Positions 39,992 to 56,100 of a stretch of 64,000 nt of DNA are shown here, in pieces (the stretch's first letter is position 1; each line of letters opens with the position of its first letter). Location: positions 204,848,001-204,912,000 of the forward strand of contig OZ024743.1 of the NCBI GenBank assembly GCA_964016885.1. Direction: 5' to 3'. The stretch comes from Eledone cirrhosa (lineage: Eukaryota). A program made the position numbers and the translations under genes. Under the pieces are notes generated by a model. The model was given only the letters and a program-made list of their open reading frames with translations, had not been told where the DNA came from and ran no database searches.

Positions 39992-40381
39992 ACACAAATA
40001 TTAGCATATACATATTTTCTTAGTAATTGAGGATGTGTTTTTTATACATACATATGCATATTGCATCCATACATACACACATACAAGCATACATACACAT
40101 ACACACACATATATATACACACACTGTATATATATACATACACACACACACATATATATATATACACCACACACTATATATATATATAGTGTGTGTGTGT
40201 ATATATATATGTGTGTGTGTGTATGTATATATATATATACAGTGTGTGTATATATGTGTGTGTGTATGTCTATGTATATGCTTGTATGTGTGTATGTATG
40301 TATGTATGCAATATGCATATGTATGTATAAAAACACATCCTCAATGACTAAGAAATTATGTATATGCTAATATTTGTGTTA
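39990..40381. repeat. Foldback palindrome, copy 7
   Basis: taacacaaatatt...aatatttgtgtta. Confidence 0.94.
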
Positions 40382-40580
40382 GTGTCTATATAAATGTATG
40401 TATGTAGTATATGCAAGTGTTCGTGCAAATTGAAAATAGATTTAATAATTTTAATAATATCTAGAACAATGTGATCTAAAAAAAATATTTTTTAAGATAC
40501 GAATATATCGTTGTCAGCTTAATATGGCACTAACGCAAAATATAAATCCCAGTTTATATATAGTGTGTAACATGAAAGTG

Positions 40581-40631
<51 letters not shown>

Positions 40632-40754
40632 ATATATATATATATATATATATATTTAATATATATATATATATATATTTAATATATATATATATATATA
40701 TATTTAATATATATATATATATATATATTTAATATATATATATATATATATATA

Positions 40755-40789
<35 letters not shown>

Positions 40790-43700
40790 ATATATGTATA
40801 TATATATATATATATATTTAATACACATATATATGTGTAAATATATATATACACATATATATGTGTAAATATATATATACACATATATATATACACATAT
40901 ATATGTGTAAATATATATATATACATATATATATACACATATATATGTGTAAATATATATATATACATATATATGTATGTATATATATATATATATAAAC
41001 ACCATTAAAAACTCCATCCGAAACCCATTAAAAACTATATTAAACACCATTAAAATTCCATTAAAAACCACATTAAAATCCATTAAAAATCCAATTAAAA
41101 ACAGTAAAAACTTAATTGTAAACGTAATCGAAAGCGCAAGTAAAACAACATTAAAACCATTTAACACCCCATTAAAACCCACAAAAATACCACCAGAACC
41201 CATTAAAATCCCATAACCGCCATTAAAATTCCATTAAAAATATTATCAAAAACTTCATTTAAAACACACTGGAAACCCATTAAACTTCATAATTCTCGTT
41301 AAAAAAATCCATTAAAAACTCAATCAAAAACCCAATTAAAAGGCCATAAAAGAAACATTAAAACAGCATTTAAAATACCATTAAAAACGCCATAAAAAAC
41401 ATTAAAATCCCATTAAAAATACATTAAAGGCCCATTAAAAATTCCACTAAAAACCTCATTGAAAACCCCATTTAAAACCTAATTAGAAGCTCATAAAAAC
41501 TCCCAAAACCCAATAAAAAAACCATTAAAACGTCATTAAAACGTCATAAAACGCTATTAAAACGTCATTAAAAATGTCATTAAAAACTCCATTGATAACT
41601 CAATTAAAAACTGCATTTTACCCCCTCCTCCCCCATTAAAAACACATTAAACACTCCATTAAAATTACCATTAAAAACCAATTAAATACTCCATTAAACA
41701 CTATATTAAAACCGCAATTATAAATTCTTTAAAAATCCAATTAAAAAACATATTATAAACTCCATTAAAAATCCAATTAAAAACCCTACTGAAAATCCCA
41801 TTATAAAATTACATAAAAAACCCATAATAATAGTCCTTTAAAAAACCAATTAAAAATCCTATTAAAACGCCATAAAAAACACCATTAAAACGTCATTAAA
41901 AATACAATTGAAAACACCATTAAAAACTACATTGCAAATTCCATTAAAAGACCCATTAAAAACTCCATTAAAAACACCACTAAAAAGTCCATTAAAAAGC
42001 TCATAAAACCCATTAAAATACAATTAATAACCAATTAACACTCCATTAAAAACCATTACAACCGTCATTAAAATGCCATAAAATACCATTAAAACGCCAT
42101 TAAGAACGCCATTAAAATCGTCATTAAAAACCTCATTAAAAACTACATTAAAACTTCATTAAAAACTCCATTAAAACCTACATTATAAACTCTATTAAAC
42201 TCCATTAAAAACTCAATTAAATCCCCCATTAAACCCCCATTAAGCCCCATTAAAAGCCCCTGAAAATGCAACTAAAAACCAATTTTAAGACCCCATTAAA
42301 ACACAATTAAAAGTCCATTGGAAACCCCATTAAAATTCCATTAAAAATTCATTAAAAACTTAGTAAAAACTCGATTTTATACTCAATTAAAAAGGTAATT
42401 GAAAACTCAATTAGCACACCATTAAAAACTCATTAAAAAGCCCATAAAAACTCCATAAAAAATCTAATTGAAAAACATTAAAAATTCAGTTAAAAACCTG
42501 ATTGAAAACCCCAATAAAAGTTCATTAAAAAAACTCCATTAAAAATCAATCAAAACCCCATTAAAATAACATTGAAACTTATCGAAGCGTCATTAAGGAT
42601 ACCATTAAAAAACACCATTAAAACGGCATTGAAAACCCATTATAAAAAATTAAAGGGTCCGTAAAAAACACCATTATAAATCCATTAAAAACCTAATTGA
42701 AAAACCCATTAAAACTCAATTTTTAAACTAGATTAAAAACGCAATTAAAAACGCAATTAAAAGCTCAATGAAAAACCATTAAAAACACCATTAAAAACTC
42801 TAAAAAAAAAAGAGCACTAGCCATTAAAACTCCATTAAAACCCATTGAAACCTACTACCCCCATTAAACCCCATTAAAATTGCATTAAACACATTACACA
42901 TCCATTAAAGCCCATTAGAAGGACCATCAAATATTTAAATTTAAACTAAATCAGAAACTCGCTTAAAACACCATTAAAAACACATTAAAATGTCACTAAT
43001 ACCATTAACAACCACACCAAAAACTCCATTAATATACCATTAAAAACCGCATTGAAAACCCATAAAATCCCAAGTAAAGATCTTTTAAAAAACTACATTA
43101 AAAACCCAATTAAAAAACCCATTAAAACGCCATAAAAGTCATTAAAACGTCATTTAAAGTACCATTAAAAACGTCACTAGAAACCCAATTAAAAATACAT
43201 TAAAAATTCCATTTGAAACCATATTAAAAATTTCATTAAATGCAATATTGAAAAACCCATTAAAAACACCAGTGAAAACTCATATAAATACTCAATTAAA
43301 AAACCAATTAAAAATCCTATTTAAACGTCACTAAAACACCATAAAAAACACAATTAAAACGTCATTAAAACACCATTAAACTATCATTAAAAATTACATT
43401 GAAAACACCATTAAAAATTCAATTAAAACCCCATTAAAAATCCATTAAAAAGATCATCATGAACGCACTTAAACACCATCAAAAACGCATTAAAAATTAA
43501 ATTAAAAAGCAATTAATTTTTTTTATCAAACCCCCATTAAAATTCCATTAAACACTCCATTAAAAACAACATTGAAAACCCCCATTAAAAGCTCATACAA
43601 AATTATATTAAAAACCCAATAAAAAACAATTACAACGCCATTAAAACATCATAAAAACTCATTAAAATGTCATTTAAAATGCCATTAAAACCCTCACGGG

Positions 43701-45919
43701 GGGAAACGCAATTAAAAACACCATTAGAAATTTCATTAAAAACTCCATTAAAAATCATATTTAAAGTCAATTAGAACCCTTATTATAAATTCCATTAAAA
43801 CCCATTAAGTATCCAATTGAAAAATCCATTAAGAGCTCATTAAAAATACTCCATTAAAAACCCAATTAAAAATCATTAAAACGCATTTAAACACCATAAA
43901 AACACAATTAAAACGCCATTAAAAAGACCATTAAAAACTCCATTAAAACATCCTTGAATCTATTAAAAGTTTCATTAAAAACGCAATCAAAAATTCCATT
44001 AAAAACCCATTTAAAACTCATAAACAACACCATTGAAAACCCAATTAAAAACTCCACAAAAAACCCATTAAACACCATCGAAAATCACATTAAAATTCCA
44101 TTAAAACACCATTAAAAAGCCATTAAAACCCAATTTTAAACGCAATTAAAAACTGAATTAAAACACTATTAAAAACTCATAAAAAAGGCTCATAAATAAT
44201 GGGGTTTTCAATTGTTTTTTATGAAATTTATAATATGGCTTTTAATGAACTTTTTAATGGGCTTTTAGTGGAGTTTTTAATGGATTTTTATGGAATTTTT
44301 AATGGCATTATTAATGGTTTTTTAATTGGGCTTTTTGTGATGTTTTAATGGCGTTTTTATGACATTTTATTGTGTTTTGTGGCGTTTTAATGGCGTTTTA
44401 ATTGGTTTGTTATTGGGTTTTTAATAGAGTTTTATGAACTTTTAATATGGGGTTAATGGGTTTTGAATGTGTTTTCAATGGAACTTTTAATTGAGTTTTT
44501 AATGAAATTTCTAATGGGATGTGTAATTGAATTTTTAATTGGTTTTTAATGGGTTTAGTGGGTTTATAGTGGAGTATTTAATGGTGTTTTAATGGTGCTT
44601 CGATTGAGTTTTTAATTGAGTTTTTAATTGAGTTTTTACTGAGTTTTTAATTGAGTTCTTATTTTATTTTATTTTATTTATTTTTTATATTTAATTTTTT
44701 TTTATTTTTTTTTATTTTATTTTATTTTTATTTATTTTATTTTATTTTATTTTATTTTATTTTATTTATTTTATTTTATTTTATTTATATTTTTTATTTT
44801 TTTTTATTTTATTTTATTTTATTTTTTTTTATTTTATTTTATTTTATTTTATTTTATTTTATTTTATTTTATTTTATTTTATTTTATTTTATTTTTTACT
44901 TTATTTTATTTTATTTTATTTTATTTTATTTTATTTTATTTTATTTTATTTTATTTTATTTTATTTTATTGAGTTTTTAATTTAGTTTATAATTTAGTTT
45001 ATAACTTAGTTTATAATTTAGTTTATTTCTCCCTCTTCTCCCCCTACTGTCCTCTACAGCCAGATCTGCCTTTCTTTACCCCTCCCAAGTCTCTTCCCTC
45101 TTCTCCCCCTACTGTCCTCTACAGCCTGATCTGCCTTTCTTTACCCCTCCCTAGTCTCTTCATTATTCAGTTTTGTTTTTATCTTTCTAAAACATCCTAG
45201 TTTTAATGAAATTAAAAGGAAATAGCAATCGCTATAAGTGTGCAAGCCAGCATGTAACTTCATGTGTGTGTGTTTTTAATGGAGTTTTTAATTGAGTTTT
45301 AATGGAGTTTTAATTGAGTTTATAATGGAGATTTAAATGGAATTTTTAATTGAGTTTTAATGTAGTTTTAATGGTGTTTTATGCCGTTTTAATGGTATTT
45401 TAATGGGGTTTTTATTTGGTTTTTTATAAAGTTTTGGGTGCGCTTTTAATAGGGGTTTAATGGGTTTTCAGTGTAGTTTTTAATGACATTTTTAATGGTT
45501 TTCCAATGGAACCTTAGTGGTGTGTTAATGCAATTTTAATTGGTTTAATGGGCTTTTAATTGTGTTTTTAATGGTGTTTTAATTGAGTTTTTAATTGCGT
45601 TTTAATTGAGTTTTTATTTCGGTTTAAATTTGAGGTTTTAATGTCTTTTCGAGGGGGGGGGTTAATGGGGGTTTTAATGGAGTTTTAATGGGGACTTTTA
45701 ATGGAAACTTTAATTTTGTTTTAATTGGGTTTTTATGGGTTTCCAATGTGGTTTTTAATGGCGCTTTTATTGGCATTCTTAATGATGTTTTAATTGTGTT
45801 TTAATGGGGGGTTTGGTTGGGGTTTTAATGGAGTGTTTTATGAGCTTATAATGGGGTTTTTAATGGGTTTTTCAAAATAGATTTTTAATTGAATTTTTAA
45901 TGTGGTTTTTAATGGGATT

Positions 45920-45984
<65 letters not shown>

Positions 45985-46047
45985 GTGTGTGTGTATATAT
46001 ATATATATAGTGTGTATGTATATATATATATATATATAGTGTGTGCG

Positions 46048-46077
<30 letters not shown>

Positions 46078-46079
<2 letters not shown>

Positions 46080-46473
46080 ACACAAATATTAGCATATACA
46101 TATTTTCTTAGTAATTGAGGATGTGTTTTTTATACATACATATGCATATTGCATCCATACATACACACATACAAGCATATACATACACATACACACACAT
46201 ATATATACACACACTGTATATATATACATACACACACACACATATATATATATACACCACACACTATATATATATATAGTGTGTGTGTGTATATATATAT
46301 GTGTGTGTGTGTGTATGTATATATATATATACAGTGTGTGTATATATGTGTGTGTGTATGTCTATGTATATGCTTGTATGTGTGTATGTATGTATGTATG
46401 CAATATGCATATGTATGTATAAAAACACATCCTCAATGACTAAGAAATTATGTATATGCTAATATTTGTGTTA
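46078..46473. repeat. Foldback palindrome, copy 8 (396 bp)
   Basis: taacacaaatatt...aatatttgtgtta. Confidence 0.95.
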
Positions 46474-46669
46474 GTGTCTATATAAATGTATGTATGTAGT
46501 ATATGCAAGTGTTCGTGCAAATTGAAAATAGATTTAATAATTTTAATATCTAGAACAATGTGATCTAAAAAAAATATTTTTTAAGATACGAATATATCGT
46601 TGTCAGCTTAATATGGCACTAACGCAAAATATAAATCCCAGTTTATATATAGTGTGTAACATGAAAGTG

Positions 46670-46738
<69 letters not shown>

Positions 46739-49700
46739 ATATATATATATATATATATATATTTAATATATATATATATATATATTTAATATATATATAT
46801 ATATATATATATTTAATATATATATATATATATATATTTAATATATATATATATATATATATATTTAATATATATATATATATATATATATTTAATATAT
46901 GTATATATATATATATATATATATTTAATACACATATATATGTGTAAATATATATATACACATATATATGTGTAAATATATATATACACATATATATATA
47001 CACATATATATGTGTAAATATATATATATACATATATATATACACATATATATGTGTAAATATATATATATACATATATATGTATGTATATATATATATA
47101 TATAAACACCATTAAAAACTCCATTGAAAAGCTCATAAAAACTCATTAAAAACCCAATAAAAAGCACACTAAACCACCATTAAAAGCTACATCCGAAACC
47201 CATTAAAAACTATATTAAACACCATTAAAATTCCATTAAAAACCACATTAAAATCCATTAAAAATCCAATTAAAAACAGTAAAAACTTAATTGTAAACGT
47301 AATCGAAAGCGCAAGTAAAACAACATTAAAACCATTTAACACCCCATTAAAACCCACAAAAATACCACCAGAACCCATTAAAATCCCATAACCGCCATTA
47401 AAATTCCATTAAAAATATTATCAAAAACTTCATTTAAAACACACTGGAAACCCATTAAACTTCATAATTCTCGTTAAAAAAATCCATTAAAAACTCAATC
47501 AAAAACCCAATTAAAAGGCCATAAAAGAAACATTAAAACAGCATTTAAAATACCATTAAAAACGCCATAAAAAACATTAAAATCCCATTAAAAATACATT
47601 AAAGGCCCATTAAAAATTCCACTAAAAACCTCATTGAAAACCCCATTTAAAACCTAATTAGAAGCTCATAAAAACTCCCAAAACCCAATAAAAAAACCAT
47701 TAAAACGTCATTAAAACGTCATAAAACGCTATTAAAACGTCATTAAAAATGTCATTAAAAACTCCATTGATAACTCAATTAAAAACTGCATTTTACCCCC
47801 TCCTCCCCCATTAAAAACACATTAAACACTCCATTAAAATTACCATTAAAAACCAATTAAATACTCCATTAAACACTATATTAAAACCGCAATTATAAAT
47901 TCTTTAAAAATCCAATTAAAAAACATATTATAAACTCCATTAAAAATCCAATTAAAAACCCTACTGAAAATCCCATTATAAAATTACATAAAAAACCCAT
48001 AATAATAGTCCTTTAAAAAACCAATTAAAAATCCTATTAAAACACCATAAAAAACACCATTAAAACGTCATTAAAAATACAATTGAAAACACCATTAAAA
48101 ACTACATTGCAAATTCCATTAAAAGACCCATTAAAAACTCCATTAAAAACACCACTAAAAAGTCCATTAAAAAGCTCATAAAACCCATTAAAATACAATT
48201 AATAACCAATTAACACTCCATTAAAAACCATTACAACCGTCATTAAAATGCCATAAAATACCATTAAAACGCCATTAAGAACGCCATTAAAATCGTCATT
48301 AAAAACCTCATTAAAAACTACATTAAAACTTCATTAAAAACTCCATTAAAACCTACATTATAAACTCTATTAAACTCCATTAAAAACTCAATTAAATCCC
48401 CCATTAAACCCCCATTAAGCCCCATTAAAAGCCCCTGAAAATGCAACTAAAAACCAATTTTAAGACCCCATTAAAACACAATTAAAAGTCCATTGGAAAC
48501 CCCATTAAAATTCCATTAAAAATTCATTAAAAACTTAGTAAAAACTCGATTTTATACTCAATTAAAAAGGTAATTGAAAACTCAATTAGCACACCATTAA
48601 AAACTCATTAAAAAGCCCATAAAAACTCCATAAAAAATCTAATTGAAAAACATTAAAAATTCAGTTAAAAACCTGATTGAAAACCCCAATAAAAGTTCAT
48701 TAAAAAAACTCCATTAAAAAATCAATCAAAACCCCATTAAAATAACATTGAAACTTATCGAAGCGTCATTAAGGATACCATTAAAAAACACCATTAAAAC
48801 GGCATTGAAAACCCATTATAAAAAATTAAAGGGTCCGTAAAAAACACCATTATAAATCCATTAAAAACCTAATTGAAAAACCCATTAAAACTCAATTTTT
48901 AAACTAGATTAAAAACGCAATTAAAAACGCAATTAAAAGCTCAATGAAAAACCATTAAAAACACCATTAAAAACTCTAAAAAAAAAAGAGCACTAGCCAT
49001 TAAAACTCCATTAAAACCCATTGAAACCTACTACCCCCATTAAACCCCATTAAAATTGCATTAAACACATTACACATCCATTAAAGCCCATTAGAAGGAC
49101 CATCAAATATTTAAATTTAAACTAAATCAGAAACTCGCTTAAAACACCATTAAAAACACATGAAAATGTCACTAATACCATTAACAACCACACCAAAAAC
49201 TCCATTAATATACCATTAAAAACCGCATTGAAAACCCATAAAATCCCAAGTAAAGATCTTTTAAAAAACTACATTAAAAACCCAATTAAAAAACCCATTA
49301 AAACGCCATAAAAGTCATTAAAACGTCATTTAAAGTACCATTAAAAACGTCACTAGAAACCCAATTAAAAATACATTAAAAATTCCATTTGAAACCATAT
49401 TAAAAATTTCATTAAATGCAATATTGAAAAACCCATTAAAAACACCAGTGAAAACTCATATAAATACTCAATTAAAAAACCAATTAAAAATCCTATTTAA
49501 ACGTCACTAAAACACCATAAAAAACACAATTAAAACGTCATTAAAACACCATTAAACTATCATTAAAAATTACATTGAAAACACCATTAAAAATTCAATT
49601 AAAACCCCATTAAAAATCCATTAAAAAGATCATCATGAACGCACTTAAACACCATCAAAAACGCATTAAAAATTAAATTAAAAAGCAATTAATTTTTTTT

Positions 49701-52102
49701 ATCAAACCCCCATTAAAATTCCATTAAACACTCCATTAAAAACAACATTGAAAACCCCCATTAAAAGCTCATACAAAATTATATTAAAAACCCAATAAAA
49801 AACAATTACAACGCCATTAAAACATCATAAAAACTCATTAAAATGTCATTTAAAATGCCATTAAAACCCTCACGGGGGGAAACGCAATTAAAAACACCAT
49901 TAGAAATTTCATTAAAAACTCCATTAAAAATCATATTTAAAGTCAATTAGAACCCTTATTATAAATTCCATTAAAACCCATTAAGTATCCAATTGAAAAA
50001 TCCATTAAGAGCTCATTAAAAATACTCCATTAAAAACCCAATTAAAAATCATTAAAACGCATTTAAACACCATAAAAACACAATTAAAACGCCCATTAAA
50101 AAGACCATTAAAAACTCCATTAAAACATCCTTGAATCTATTAAAAGTTTCATTAAAAACGCAATCAAAAATTCCATTAAAAACCCATTTAAAACTCATAA
50201 ACAACACCATTGAAAACCCAATTAAAAACTCCACAAAAAACCCATTAAACACCATCGAAAATCACATTAAAATTCCATTAAAACACCATTAAAAAGCCAT
50301 TAAAACCCAATTTTAAACGCAATTAAAAACTGAATTAAAACACTATTAAAAACTCATAAAAAAGGCTCATAAATAATGGGGTTTTCAATTGTTTTTTATG
50401 AAATTTATAATATGGCTTTTAATGAACTTTTTAATGGGCTTTTAGTGGAGTTTTTAATGGATTTTTATGGAATTTTTAATGGCATTATTAATGGTTTTTT
50501 AATTGGGCTTTTTGTGATGTTTTAATGGCGTTTTTATGACATTTTATTGTGTTTTGTGGCGTTTTAATGGCGTTTTAATTGGTTTGTTATTGGGTTTTTA
50601 ATAGAGTTTTATGAACTTTTAATATGGGGTTAATGGGTTTTGAATGTGTTTTCAATGGAACTTTTAATTGAGTTTTTAATGAAATTTCTAATGGGATGTG
50701 TAATTGAATTTTTAATTGGTTTTTAATGGGTTTAGTGGGTTTATAGTGGAGTTTTTAATGGTGTTTTAATGGTGCTTCGATTGAGTTTTTAATTGAGTTT
50801 TTAATTGAGTTTTTACTGAGTTTTTAATTGAGTTCTTATTTTATTTTATTTTATTTATTTTTTATATTTAATTTTTTTTTTTTTTTTTTTTTATTTTTTT
50901 TTTTTTTTATTTATTTTATTTTATTTTATTTTATTTTATTTTATTTATTTTATTTTATTTTATTTATATTTTTTATTTTTTTTTATTTTATTTTATTTTA
51001 TTTTTTTTTATTTTATTTTATTTTATTTTATTTTATTTTATTTTATTTTATTTTATTTTATTTTATTTTATTTTTTACTTTATTTTATTTTATTTTATTT
51101 TATTTTATTTTATTTTATTTTATTTTATTTTATTTTATTTTATTTTATTTTATTGAGTTTTTAATTTAGTTTATAATTTAGTTTATAACTTAGTTTATAA
51201 TTTAGTTTATTTCTCCCTCTTCTCCCCCTACTGTCCTCTACAGCCAGATCTGCCTTTCTTTACCCCTCCCAAGTCTCTTCCCTCTTCTCCCCCTACTGTC
51301 CTCTACAGCCTGATCTGCCTTTCTTTACCCCTCCCTAGTCTCTTCATTATTCAGTTTTGTTTTTATCTTTCTAAAACATCCTAGTTTTAATGAAATTAAA
51401 AGGAAATAGCAATCGCTATAAGTGTGCAAGCCAGCATGCAACTTCATGTGTGTGTGTTTTTAATGGAGTTTTTAATTGAGTTTTAATGGAGTTTTAATTG
51501 AGTTTATAATGGAGATTTAAATGGAATTTTTAATTGAGTTTTAATGTAGTTTTAATGGTGTTTTATGCCGTTTTAATGGTATTTTAATGGGGTTTTTATT
51601 TGGTTTTTTATAAAGTTTTGGGTGCGCTTTTAATGGGGGTTTAATGGGTTTTCAGTGTAGTTTTTAATGACATTTTTAATGGTTTTCCAATGGAACCTTA
51701 GTGGTGTGTTAATGCAATTTTAATTGGTTTAATGGGCTTTTAATTGTGTTTTTAATGGTGTTTTAATTGGGTTTTTAATTGCGTTTTAATTGAGTTTTTA
51801 TTTCGGTTTAAATTTGAGGTTTTAATGTCTTTTCGAGGGGGGGTTTAATGGGTGTTTTAATGGAGTTTTAATGGGGACTTTTAATGGAAACTTTAATTTT
51901 GTTTTAATTGGGTTTTTATGGGTTTCCAATGTGGTTTTTAATGGCGCTTTTATTGGCATTCTTAATGATGTTTTAATTGTGTTTTAATGGGGGGTTTGGT
52001 TGGGGTTTTAATGGAGTGTTTTATGAGCTTATAATGGGGTTTTTAATGGGTTTTTCAAAATAGATTTTTAATTGAATTTTTAATGTGGTTTTTAATGGGA
52101 TT

Positions 52103-52155
<53 letters not shown>

Positions 52156-52218
52156 GTGTGTGTGTATATATATATATATAGTGTGTATGTATATATATAT
52201 ATATATATAGTGTGTGCG

Positions 52219-52248
<30 letters not shown>

Positions 52249-52250
<2 letters not shown>

Positions 52251-52644
52251 ACACAAATATTAGCATATACATATTTTCTTAGTAATTGAGGATGTGTTTT
52301 TTATACATACATATGCATATTGCATCCATACATACACACATACAAGCATATACATACACATACACACACATATATATACACACACTGTATATATATACAT
52401 ACACACACACACATATATATATATACACCACACACTATATATATATATAGTGTGTGTGTGTATATATATATGTGTGTGTGTGTGTATGTATATATATATA
52501 TACAGTGTGTGTATATATGTGTGTGTGTATGTCTATGTATATGCTTGTATGTGTGTATGTATGTATGTATGCAATATGCATATGTATGTATAAAAACACA
52601 TCCTCAATGACTAAGAAATTATGTATATGCTAATATTTGTGTTA
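52249..52644. repeat. Foldback palindrome, copy 9 (396 bp)
   Basis: taacacaaatatt...aatatttgtgtta. Confidence 0.95.
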
Positions 52645-52843
52645 GTGTCTATATAAATGTATGTATGTAGTATATGCAAGTGTTCGTGCAAATTGAAAAT
52701 AGATTTAATAATTTTAATAATATCTAGAACAATGTGATCTAAAAAAAATATTTTTTAAGATACGAATATATCGTTGTCACCTTAATATGGCACTAACGCA
52801 AAATATAAATCCCAGTTTATATATAGTGTGTAACATGAAAGTG

Positions 52844-52880
<37 letters not shown>

Positions 52881-53007
52881 ATATATATATATATATATAT
52901 ATATTTAATATATATATATATATATATATATTTAATATATATATATATATATATATTTAATATATATATATATATATATATATTTAATATATATATATAT
53001 ATATATA

Positions 53008-53077
<70 letters not shown>

Positions 53078-53078
53078 A

Positions 53079-53120
<42 letters not shown>

Positions 53121-56100
53121 ATACACATATATATGTGTAAATATATATATACACATATATATGTGTAAATATATATATACACATATATATATACACATAT
53201 ATATGTGTAAATATATATATATACATATATATGTATGTATGTATATATATATATATAAACACCATTAAAAACTCCATTGAAAAGCTCATAAAAACTCATT
53301 AAAAACCCAATAAAAAGCACACTAAACCACCATTAAAAGCTACATCCGAAACCCATTAAAAACTATATTAAAACACCATTAAAATTCCATTAAAAACCAC
53401 ATTAAAATCCATTAAAAATCCAATTAAAAACAGTAAAAACTTAATTGTAAACGTAATCGAAAGCGCAAGTAAAACAACATTAAAACCATTTAACACCCCA
53501 TTAAAACCCACAAAAATACCACCAGAACCCATTAAAATCCCATAACCGCCATTAAAATTCCATTAAAAATATTATCAAAAACTTCATTTAAAACACACTG
53601 GAAACCCATTAAACTTCATAATTCTCGTTAAAAAAAATTCATTAAAAACTCAATCAAAAACCCAATTAAAAGGCCATAAAAGAAACATTAAAACAGCATT
53701 TAAAATACCATTAAAAACGCCATAAAAAACATTAAAATCCCATTAAAAATACATTAAAGGCCCATTAAAAATTCCACTAAAAACCTCATTGAAAACCCCA
53801 TTTAAAACCTAATTAGAAGCTCATAAAAACTCCCAAAACCCAAAAAAAAAACCATTAAAACGTCATTAAAACGTCATAAAACGCTATTAAAACGTCATTA
53901 AAAATGTCATTAAAAACTCCATTGATAACTCAATTAAAAACTGCATTTTACCCCCCCTCCCCCCCATTAAAAACACATTAAACACTCCATTAAAATTACC
54001 ATTAAAAACCAATTAAATACTCCATTAAACACTATATTAAAACCGCAATTATAAATTCTTTAAAAATCCAATTAAAAACCATATTATAAACTCCATTAAA
54101 AATCCAATTAAAAACCCTACTGAAAATCCCATTATAAAATTACATAAAAAACCCATAATAATAGTCCTTTAAAAAACCAATTAAAAATCCTATTAAAACG
54201 CCATAAAAAACACCATTAAAACGTCATTAAAAATACAATTGAAAACACCATTAAAAACTACATTGCAAATTCCATTAAAAGACCCATTAAAAACTCCATT
54301 AAAAACACCACTAAAATGTCCATTAAAAAGCTCATAAAACCCATTAAAATACAATTAATAACCAATTAACACTCCATTAAAAACCATTACAACCGTCATT
54401 AAAATGCCATAAAATACCATTAAAACGCCATTAAGAACGCCATTAAAATCGTCATTAAAAACCTCATTAAAAACTACATTAAAACTTCATTAAAAACTCC
54501 ATTAAAACCTACATTATAAACTCTATTAAACTCCATTAAAAACTCAATTAAATCCCCCATTAAACCCCCATTAAGCCCCATTAAAAGCCCCTGAAAATGC
54601 AACTAAAAACCAATTTTAAAACCCCATTAAAACACAATTAAAAGTCCATTGGAAACCCCATTAAAATTCCATTAAAAATTCATTAAAAACTTAGTAAAAA
54701 CTCGATTTTATACTCAATTAAAAAGGTAATTGAAAACTCAATTAGCACACCATTAAAAACTCATTAAAAAGCCCATAAAAACTCCATAAAAAATCTAATT
54801 GAAAAACATTAAAAATTCAGTTAAAAACCTGATTGAAAACCCCAATAAAAGTTCATTAAAAAAACTCCATTAAAAAATCAATCAAAACCCCATTAAAATA
54901 ACATTGAAACTTATCGAAGCGTCATTAAGGATACCATTAAAAAACACCATTAAAACGGCATTGAAAACCCATTATAAAAAATTAAAGGGTCCGTAAAAAA
55001 CACCATTATAAATCCATTAAAAACCTAATTGAAAAACCCATTAAAACTCAATTTTTAAACTAGATTAAAAACGCAATTAAAAACGCAATTAAAAGCTCAA
55101 TGAAAAACCATTAAAAACACCATTAAAAACTCTAAAAAAAAAAGAGCACTAACCATTAAAACTCCATTAAAACCCATTGAAACCTACTACCCCCATTAAA
55201 CCCCATTAAAATTGCATTAAACACATTACACATCCATTAAAGCCCATTAGAAGGACCATCAAATATTTAAATTTAAACTAAATCAGAAACTCGCTTAAAA
55301 CACCATTAAAAACACATTAAAATGTCACTAATACCATTAACAACCACACCAAAAACTCCATTAATATACCATTAAAAACCGCATTGAAAACCCATAAAAT
55401 CCCAAGTAAAGATCTTTTAAAAAACTACATTAAAAACCCAATTAAAAAACCCATTAAAACGCCATAAAAGTCATTAAAACGTCATTTAAAGTACCATTAA
55501 AAACGTCACTAGAAACCCAATTAAAAATACATTAAAAATTCCATTTGAAACCATATTAAAAATTTCATTAAATGCAATATTGAAAATCCCATTAAAAACA
55601 CCAGTGAAAACTCATATAAATACTCAATTAAAAAACCAATTAAAAATCATATTTAAACGTCACTAAAACACCATAAAAACACAATTAAAACGTCATTAAA
55701 ACACCATTAAACTATCATTAAAAATTACATTGAAAACACCATTAAAATTCAATTAAAACCCCATTAAAAATCCATTAAAAAGATCATCATGAACGCACTT
55801 AAATACCATCAAAAACGCATTAAAAATTAAATTAAAAAGCAATTAATTTTTTTTATCAAACCCCCATTAAAATTCCATTAAACACTCCATTAAAAACAAC
55901 ATTGAAAACCCCCATTAAAAGCTCATACAAAATTATATTAAAAACCCAATAAAAAACAATTACAACGCCATTAAAACATCATAAAAACTCATTAAAATGT
56001 CATTTAAAATGCCATTAAAACCCTCACGGGGGGAAACGCAATTAAAAACACCATTAGAAATTTCATTAAAAACTCCATTAAAAATCATATTTAAAGTCAA

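Noticed and set aside
40787-50255. ORFs [12 protein letters not shown]..., [13 protein letters not shown]... and MVFNGFFVEF...
   Set aside because: These are chance open frames in the satellite created by copy-specific indels (for example the 68-bp deletion at 41015 and an extra C at ~50092), and they are not conserved across copies.
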